A DNA stretch of 64,000 nt from the human T2T-CHM13v2.0 reference genome, Homo sapiens, in the NCBI RefSeq assembly GCF_009914755.1, contig NC_060938.1. One strand, given 5' to 3'. Shown here one piece after another: positions 55,354 through 64,000 of this stretch. The notes under the pieces were generated by a model, which saw only the letters and a list, made by a program, of their open reading frames with translations, was not told where the DNA came from and ran no database searches. A program made the position numbers and the translations under genes. The stretch's first letter is position 1. The number at the start of each line of letters is the position of its first letter.

Positions 55354-56709
55354 GAACTTTTATTTAAATATTTTTATTTCATCCTTTTTCTATTTATATT
55401 TTTATATTACACTGACTATATTAGTATCTTATGTATATAATTATATATAGTAACATATAGTACATTAGTATTCTACATAAAACATATCTGAGATATGTTT
55501 TATGGCTATAAAATACTATCAAAAATGTTTTTGTTTTTGTTCAATAAATATTCTCTTCTTCCTTCCGCTTTCCCCTTTCGCCCTTGGCAGAGAAGCAAAT
55601 AATTGAGTTAAAACCTTGATTTGTGGCAATGTGAATAAATTATAGCTAATTCCAGGAACTTAGCTGCATCCTACCTTGACCCATTTTTTCTACTGGACTC
55701 TTATATTGCTCTATATGTTTTAGCTACACAGGTTTATTAAACATGGATACAGATGAAAAACAGACTTGTTATGTTAGAAGTTATAAGTTGCTCATGCATT
55801 AAGATTTTGACACACAGGAAGTTTGAATGAATGAGTGAAAAAGGTTCCAAGTTATTAAAATGTTCTGGTACCTGATTTATTCATTTGCCATACCAGTAAT
55901 TCTAAGGTGGGTGAAGCTCCTTTACTTCCTGAAGAAACAAGTTAGTTTCTTAAACTAAGCATTAAAAGAAAGCTGGAATTATTTGTTTCCAGAAGTGTTA
56001 GTAGTCATGCTAAGTTGCCCTTCTTTGGCTAGATTGTCCAATTTTTTTTAGGCCTGTTTTGTCTATTTTTGTCAAGATATAAATGTTTAATTGCTTTAAA
56101 AAAACTGTGTGGTTGCAGAAAAAAATTGTACTGTTATATTGTTGAGATCAATGAGACTTTTCTGTATTTACTTTTTCAGACATTATTTTGAACTCAGGCT
56201 CAGTCTCAGAGATTTCTTCAACATGTAATTTTCTAATGTTTCCTTTCCTGCAAGGAATGAGACAATATATTCTTGGAATATTAAAGTACTTTTGAAGTAA
56301 CTCATACGTTTTCTCCCCTCTTCCATTTGTTTAGCTATTGAGGGTTTGCTTTAAAACAAATTTATGTAGAAATATCAGTACTATAATAGTATTGTGATAC
56401 TGTGTATTTCTTAAGCATATGCCAGGAAGGAGAGCATTAGTTAGGTGTCCAAAAAACAGCCAACAAAACAAATCAGCTCTGAAAATCGTGAAGCAGTGAA
56501 TATTTTAGAATTATTTTTGAAACCTCTTTCAGAACTGTTTTTAGACCCCGTGGTAATTTGCTATGTAATTTAATACTAGTTTAGGCACTCCATGTACAAT
56601 TGGTATGTTTCCTTTTGAAAGATAATAATCTATTTATAATAAAAGTCTGAATATTTCAATCTCGGAATTCCTCTTTAAAACTTGAATCAGTTTTACTATT
56701 GCTTTTTAA

Positions 56710-56889
<180 letters not shown>

Positions 56890-57197
56890 CCATTTATAAG
56901 ATTTGGACCTTGGAGCTGAACCAGGGAGCTAGCAAAAGTAAAGCAGACTTATAAAATTATAGCTATGTGCAGCTGCACAACACAGTCCTTCCACTAGCAG
57001 CTGTGTTAAAGTATTTATAAGGAGAAAATTTCAGAACTAAGTTGAGTAATATAGGGGATATATATTTGTGAAAAATAATTTTTACTTATATTTTTCAGAG
57101 GATTTGACACGATAAGCCTCATCTGATGGAAGAGAGGAATAAATAATTCACCTATATGTGTTTGAGGTTGTGACAGACTTATAAAATCTTTTTAAAA

Positions 57198-57203
57198 AAT
57201 AAA
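57198..57203 (+). terminator. MNAT1: MNAT1 polyadenylation signal AATAAA (a second hexamer lies at 57138-57143)
   Basis: AATAAA followed ~20 nt later by the GU/U-rich element GTTCTGTGGTTTTTTCTC. Confidence 0.8.
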
Positions 57204-58769
57204 GCTATAATTTATATTAAGTTCTGTGGTTTTTCTCTTATTACAGTGTTTTACTTGAACACATTTTAAATACCATTTTGATTACAACATTTACTGTTAA
57301 TATCCAAGTCTATTATTTCTTCTCATAAAATGTTCCCCTTTTTCCTAATGTCTTGTTAATACTAGTCCAGACAAGTGGATATATTTCCTTTGACCAAGTT
57401 ATGGCAAGAAAAACCTGACCCATGATAATGTCATTCCCTCAATACTAAGGACTCAATGCCTGTTTTAAGCAGTGGAAAATGAGGCAAACCTTGATCAAGG
57501 TGTTATAGTTCCCAGCTGTGAGCCACACTCAGGATAAAACAAAACCCAGCATTAACCTGCTTTAGTGACACATTCAAAGAAGTTAATAAAATTTAATACT
57601 TAAATGATACCTTTCACCTCCAATGTAAGCTCATTTTATGATGAATCCTTTGGAGACTGGAGAAGGTACATTTTAAGTACAGTTCCCTATGTATAAATTG
57701 TATACTGATACAGTTTTTTTGTTGAAACTTCAAAGGCTTTTATTACCAGGGTTTTGCTTAAAGAGTTTAGATATGAATAGGATGATATTGCAGCATCTCA
57801 ACCTTGTATGAGTCTGTTACATAGAGCATTGGATATGGGATATAGTTTCTTAAGGAAATTAAGGGATTTCCTATCAAATCTCTATTACAACAGATGTTAG
57901 TTTTATGGGTAGAAACTTAGGTGAAACAAGACTTGTGGTTACATTAGGATGGACTATCCATCTGTAACAACTCCATCTTATTTTACTAAGCAGTTATTAA
58001 TTAATTTTAGCAATACATCTTCATCTTTATTGTACTTCTATCTTTGTTAAATGAGAAAACCAAGGCATCAAATAATTGAGTAGACAAAGATCATATTCAC
58101 AAGTTAGTAAAAAGCCAGAATTAGAATGCAGGTTTTTTTTTTCAAAGTCCAGTTCCATCTACATTCTACCAGACTGCATATCCTATTCCTGTATCTATTA
58201 GGTATTCCCGAACTGAGGATTAGTGTTTTTAAGTACAGTCTATAAATCTGTTCAAAGAATAGTTAGAACATTGAATGTAGAGTTAAGGCTTTGCAGCAGC
58301 CAATTGCAAAAATAAGGAATCCAGTCTTTTGAAAAGAAACACTACTGCTTGTTCTCATACCTTTTATAAATGTATTTTAAAAAGAATGAACTAATTAATA
58401 AAACATATCAAAGGCTTTTAAGGCTTGTTTTGAGCCTGCCTTATTGTGGAAATTGCATGCACCTGGTTTGGCAAATAAATTCCAAAACCTTTATACATTT
58501 GTAAATATTTTGTAGTTGCTATTGCTGTACTTTGTTCAATAGGCCAAATTTAGAAGTTAACTGACCTTATTTGATCAAAGGGAATGGTGAAAAATAACTT
58601 AGTGACAATTCACTGAGGTTTAGTGAATTCACTGAATTTACCAAACAACAGAAATATTCTAAATTGATGTGCTTATCCCCTACCATCCAAGTGATTTACT
58701 CTTAGAGACAAAGGCTGTACATATCTTTCATCTACATGAGTTAAGTCTTCAAGTATTTTATGAGTACAG

Positions 58770-58985
58770 AAGTAATAATTAACAACTACTGTATTACCTG
58801 TGTCCCAGGCACTGCTTCATGCTTTGTGTATTACGTAATCCTCAAAACAGTTCTACTAGTATTTTCCCCATTTTAACAGATGAGGAAGCTGAGACAGTGG
58901 TTAGGTAAGTTGCCAACAGTCATATAACTTAAAAATAGCAGAGCTGGGATTTGAACTCAGGCAGCCAGACTCCAGAAGCCATGCT
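58770..58985 (-). mobile_element. MIR
   Basis: CCCCATTTTAACAGATGAGGAAGCTGAGAC...GAGCTGGGATTTGAACTCAGGCAG core. Confidence 0.85.
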
Positions 58986-59979
58986 CTAGAGATGACTGTC
59001 AAACAACTGCTGTGCTAAAACTAGTCCTGGTAGTCGAACTTCATAAGACTTCCAGGAGGTTCTACAGATCAAGTATCTAGATCTTTTATGAGATATAAAT
59101 GACATCAACTAAATGATCTTGTTGATGTCCTAAGAGAAGTTCTGAGAAATTCATGATGTAGAAAATGATTTTACTAATAACTATACTCCCTCTTAAGCAG
59201 ATATTAATGGTACAGAATACATTTACATCATAGTTAGTATACATGATTACTTAGTATTCCTTAATTTGATTCAATGAATATTTCAACTATGCTTCTCTTA
59301 GAAGTTGTCTTTAGGCTGTCAACAGGTTGTCAGATAATTATTTTAAAATCCAATTAAGGTGGTAGAAAACCTGTCAAAAAGTTAACAAAATTAAAAATTG
59401 TATCTAATGAGCTTTCCAGCTTTCTAGCTGTCATTTTCTAGTAGATTCATCAGGAATTCATTTACTAGGTATCACATCTGAAAGTTTAGGGTGGACCTAG
59501 ATTTAAATAATGAATAATCACTTATCCACTCTGAAAGGGGGAAGTTAAAACGTTAATAGATACATCTAGTTCTGTTTTCTTTACAATTACATATTGCATA
59601 TTTTGTCCAGAGTAACTAAATGGAGACAAGAGTCTTACCACTTTACATGTATAAATAAGAACATCATTTGTACACATACTTTATAACCTAGGACATCAGT
59701 GTACAATACTTGGGCTGTTTCAAAACAATTTGAATTAAGTAAGAATGAGTGTTCCAGTTCATTACATCCCTATACTGCTTATCATTTATTGCCTTCATTT
59801 GTTTACATGACCTGCCAGACTTCTGAAGGCATTTGAATTTGTAATTAATGATCTAGATTAGGGTTCTTAAACATTTTCTGTAGGGCCAGATAGTAAATAT
59901 TTTAGGCTTTGCAGGGTAACAAGCAAAATCGTGGATATTATGTAGGTACTTACAGAACAAGCTAAAACAAATTGCCACA

Positions 59980-61112
<1,133 letters not shown>

Positions 61113-61739
61113 CCCACGCTTTTTTAATTGACAAAATTCAAAATATAGCCCAATTTTTTGTAATGCCTTTTTTGGTGAGAATAACATTGCCTCTAATCAG
61201 GGTTCTAAGTAAGTGTTCCCTGTGATCAAAATCAGTTGTAAATGATTGCCTATTAATGGTTATCATTAACCATCATTAACCATTAATACTAATGGTAATA
61301 AGATTTTACACATTTCATCTTTAAAAATGTCTTCTCATACAGATAGGTATTGCCAAATACTGCTATCAATCCAGGAGCATATGAAATTAACTGAGCATAT
61401 TCATCACTTGGAAAGCATTTGTAAAATTCTTTTACATTTCTTCCCTTGAAATTTGCCTTTTAGCATGTCATTATTTTAATCACTTCTTACTGAAAATTAG
61501 GTTGAATCACCTCAATTGCAGTTAAATAGATTTTGAAACAGGGAAATTTCCTTTGCACTTGCACCTAGGTCCCTAAAAATGCTGAACTCAGAAAATATAC
61601 TCACTAAAATTTGTGGGAATGGAAATCTTGTTTCTTTCTCTTTGATAGTATGACAAATGTGTAAGGATATTGTCATCAAATATTGTGATTCAAATATCGA
61701 TTGTCAAAATGACTGTACCATATCAAAGTTGTTTTGCCT

Positions 61740-62050
61740 TGTGTTTTAGGCCATTCTTGCATTGCTATAAAGAAATACTTGATACTGGGTAATTTATAAG
61801 AAAAGAGGTATAATTGGCTCACAGTTCTCCAGGCTATAGGAAGCATAGCACTGGCATCTGCTTCTGGGGAAGCCTCAGGAAGCTTTTACTCATGGTAGAA
61901 GGCAAAATAGGAGAAGGCACTTCACATGGCGAAGGCAGGAGCAAGAGAGTGTGGGGGGCGAGTGCCACATACTTTGAAACAACAAGATCTCATAACTCAT
62001 TATCGTAAGGACACCACCAAGGGGATAGTGCTAAACCATTCACGAGGGCC
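61740..62050 (-). mobile_element. MST-like MaLR LTR, truncated
   Basis: TGTGTTTTAGGCCATTCTTGCATTGCTATAAAGAAATAC... The other end is missing and is replaced by an Alu monomer. Confidence 0.82.
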
Positions 62051-62058
62051 ACATATAA

Positions 62059-62210
62059 GGGCTCACACCTGTAACCTTCACACATTGGGAAGCCGAGATG
62101 GGAAGATCTCAAGCCTAGGAGTTCAAGGTTACATTGAGGTGTAACTGTGTCTCTACACTCCAGCCTGGGCAACAGAGCAAGACCCTGTCTCTAAGTAAAA
62201 ATAAAAATAG
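62059..62210 (+). mobile_element. Alu monomer (FLAM/FRAM-like or recombined AluJ)
   Basis: GGCTCACACCTGTAA...CAGCCTGGGCAACAGAGCAAGACCCTGTCTC plus an A-rich tail. Confidence 0.8.
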
Positions 62211-62866
62211 AGTCAAAGAACCATCCAGAATCATTTCCTTTTTAAAGTGACTATTTATGTCGCTTTCAATGTCCTTAACTCTTTAAGCAACTGTTCTTGC
62301 CAAAGGCCAGTAATCTTAAGTTTATTTTCTCTGGATATATTCAGCTGCTGCATCCAAACATAATTAATTCACACCATCAATAAATGGCTTTGCTTGGCTA
62401 ACAAATGATTGACTTAGAGACTTACTGTTGTTGCAGCCTCATTTTCATTTTGCGAAGAAATTCTGCTTTGTTATTTCCATTTTAAATTTTCTAATTTTTC
62501 TAACAGTTGCTTGCCTGTGAGTTGGGAATACTGTGATGAGTGGTTTGTCTGGTAATGTCAATGGTTATTCTTTTAGCTTAGCTATATAGATGCTTTGTCG
62601 TCTAATTCAACATCAAAATAATTCACACCCTACTGTACTTTAAAAATAACAACAAAGTCCACTTTTCTTGTTTTGCTATAATAGATATGCTCTGGTAATA
62701 AAAAATAAAATGTGGGTTCATGTGATATACATGGCACTCAAAATGCTGTCGTTACAACCACATCAGTGATTTGTGATGTGTCAAACAGCAGTGTGAAGTG
62801 ATGACAGTCACATTCAGTGTGTGTTGCAACCACTCAACTCTGCTATTGTTCAAGAAAGCAGCTGCA

Positions 62867-62972
62867 GTCCTCACTTCAGCAGCACATATACTAAAAAACT
62901 GGAATGGTACAGAGAAGATCAGAATGGTCCCTGCGCAAGGATGACATGCAAATTCGTGAAGCGTTCCATATT
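62867..62972 (+). pseudogene. U6 snRNA retropseudogene
   Basis: Full-length match to U6 with several substitutions; ACAGAGA box and GCAAATTCGTGAAGCGTTCCATATT retained. A-rich tail, TSD CAGCTGCA(G). No evident U6 promoter. Confidence 0.95.
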
Positions 62973-63648
62973 AAAAACAAAAAACAGCTGCAGATGATAT
63001 GTAAACAAACGAGCATGGTATGTTCCAATCAAACTTTATGAACTCTGAAACTCTTAATTTCATACAATTCTAATTTTTAAAACTGATACATAATAGATGT
63101 CATAAAATTTTCACGTCACAAAATGTTCTTTTGATTATTTTTCAACCAATGGAAAACGTAAGAACATTATTAGGCCACAGGCCATATGAAAACAGGTGGT
63201 GGGACAGATTTGGCCTGCAGGATGTAGTTTGCCTGCCCCGTTCTAAATAATTTCATTTTTTATTACTTTTATGGTGATAGTTAATTGGCAGTAAAGGAGT
63301 AGTTACGTAAAGGACAACTACAAAGTGGTGTTAATACCTTCCTAGTTAGTACTCAATCACCCTACTTTCAAAAATTATTTTCCCTGAGAGAAAATATTTA
63401 TTCATATTTATCCAATAAAAATTAGATATATTTTGTTATAAAATAATTGTATGTTATAATTTAGATAACAGGGAATGTATTTGGTAGCCTTAGTTCAGTT
63501 AAAGTTTAATTGGTAATCCTCAATTTGTAAAATAAGGCAAAGTACAAGGGTTCAATAGTAAAAACCAAACCCTAAAATTTTATTAAATAATACAAATTCT
63601 ATTTCACTACATGTAAGTCTGGTAGGGAGATGGAGAAAACATTTCCAA

Positions 63649-63734
63649 TTAAGTGTTTGAAACAATTTGTGTTTTTTCGTCTGAAAAGGCTTCAGCCGTC
63701 CTCTGCCTTTTAAGAGGTGGATCTTCATGATTCT
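63649..63734 (-). CDS. TRMT5: Terminal coding exon of tRNA (guanine37-N1)-methyltransferase
   Basis: Minus-strand TTACAG acceptor (63740-63735), then AG AAT CAT... = (E)NHEDPPLKRQRTAEAFSDEKTQIVSNT-TAA, the recalled TRMT5 C-terminus. TRMT5 is the known convergent neighbour of MNAT1. Confidence 0.9.
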
Positions 63735-63876
63735 CTGTAATAAATCCAGAAAACCTATTTTAGGTAAGATATTAACAGTTGAAAATACTCTTAAAAAAAC
63801 AAACAATATAGGCATTTTTAATCTAGTCAACTTAAACATGAAATAACATTCTTGCAGATTTACTATTTTAATGAAA

Positions 63877-63934
63877 TAGCCTTCTATTAGACTGAACTAA
63901 CACAGTAGCTTTCTATTAGACTGAACTAATACTG
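63877..63934. repeat. Imperfect 29-bp tandem duplication in the TRMT5 intron
   Basis: TAGCCTTCTATTAGACTGAACTAACACAG / TAGCTTTCTATTAGACTGAACTAATACTG. Confidence 0.85.
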
Positions 63935-64000
63935 CATTAAAATTTGTAAAACTGGGAGGAATTAGTTACAATTGAATGGCAAGGTTTACATTTAATTTCC

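Noticed and set aside
58608-58637. Short AATTCACT...AGTGAATT inverted repeat
   Set aside because: An 8-bp stem in AT-rich DNA is expected by chance; no supporting context.
62867-62972. Functional U6 gene
   Set aside because: Multiple substitutions, an A-tail with TSD, no T-run terminator and no upstream PSE/TATA context.
63552-63839. 95-aa minus-strand ORF overlapping the TRMT5 exon
   Set aside because: Wrong frame and starts in the intron; the real exon frame is NHEDPPLKRQ... from the acceptor at 63735.

Overview
Primate (very likely human) genomic DNA, AT-rich and dominated by interspersed repeats. About 1-56768 is the final intron of MNAT1 (+ strand). Its terminal exon starts at 56769 and encodes ...[39 protein letters not shown]. 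The convergent TRMT5 terminal coding exon (- strand, 63734-63649) encodes ...NHEDPPLKRQRTAEAFSDEKTQIVSNT*. Both genes were identified from recalled C-terminal protein sequences, which implies 14q23.1. The window also holds processed pseudogenes of SRM and HMGN2, a U6 retrocopy, two L1PA elements, older L1/L2/MIR, about 20 Alus, several LTRs and DNA transposons. Nearly all ORFs in the supplied track are repeat-derived noise. The best leads are four. (1) An intronic L1 whose antisense ORF0 is open, and whose second splice donor is in phase with the MNAT1 last exon, predicting a 103-aa ORF0-MAT1 C-terminal fusion. (2) A 423-bp, 96%-identical inverted duplication flanking a ~2-kb spacer. (3) A nested hAT fossil downstream of the TRMT5 stop, in which a co-oriented HMGN2 retrocopy keeps an open ORF and could donate the distal poly(A) site. 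(4) A tiny TSD-flanked hairpin retro-insertion of unknown origin. All repeat family names come from visual recognition, not a database search, and old-repeat boundaries are approximate.
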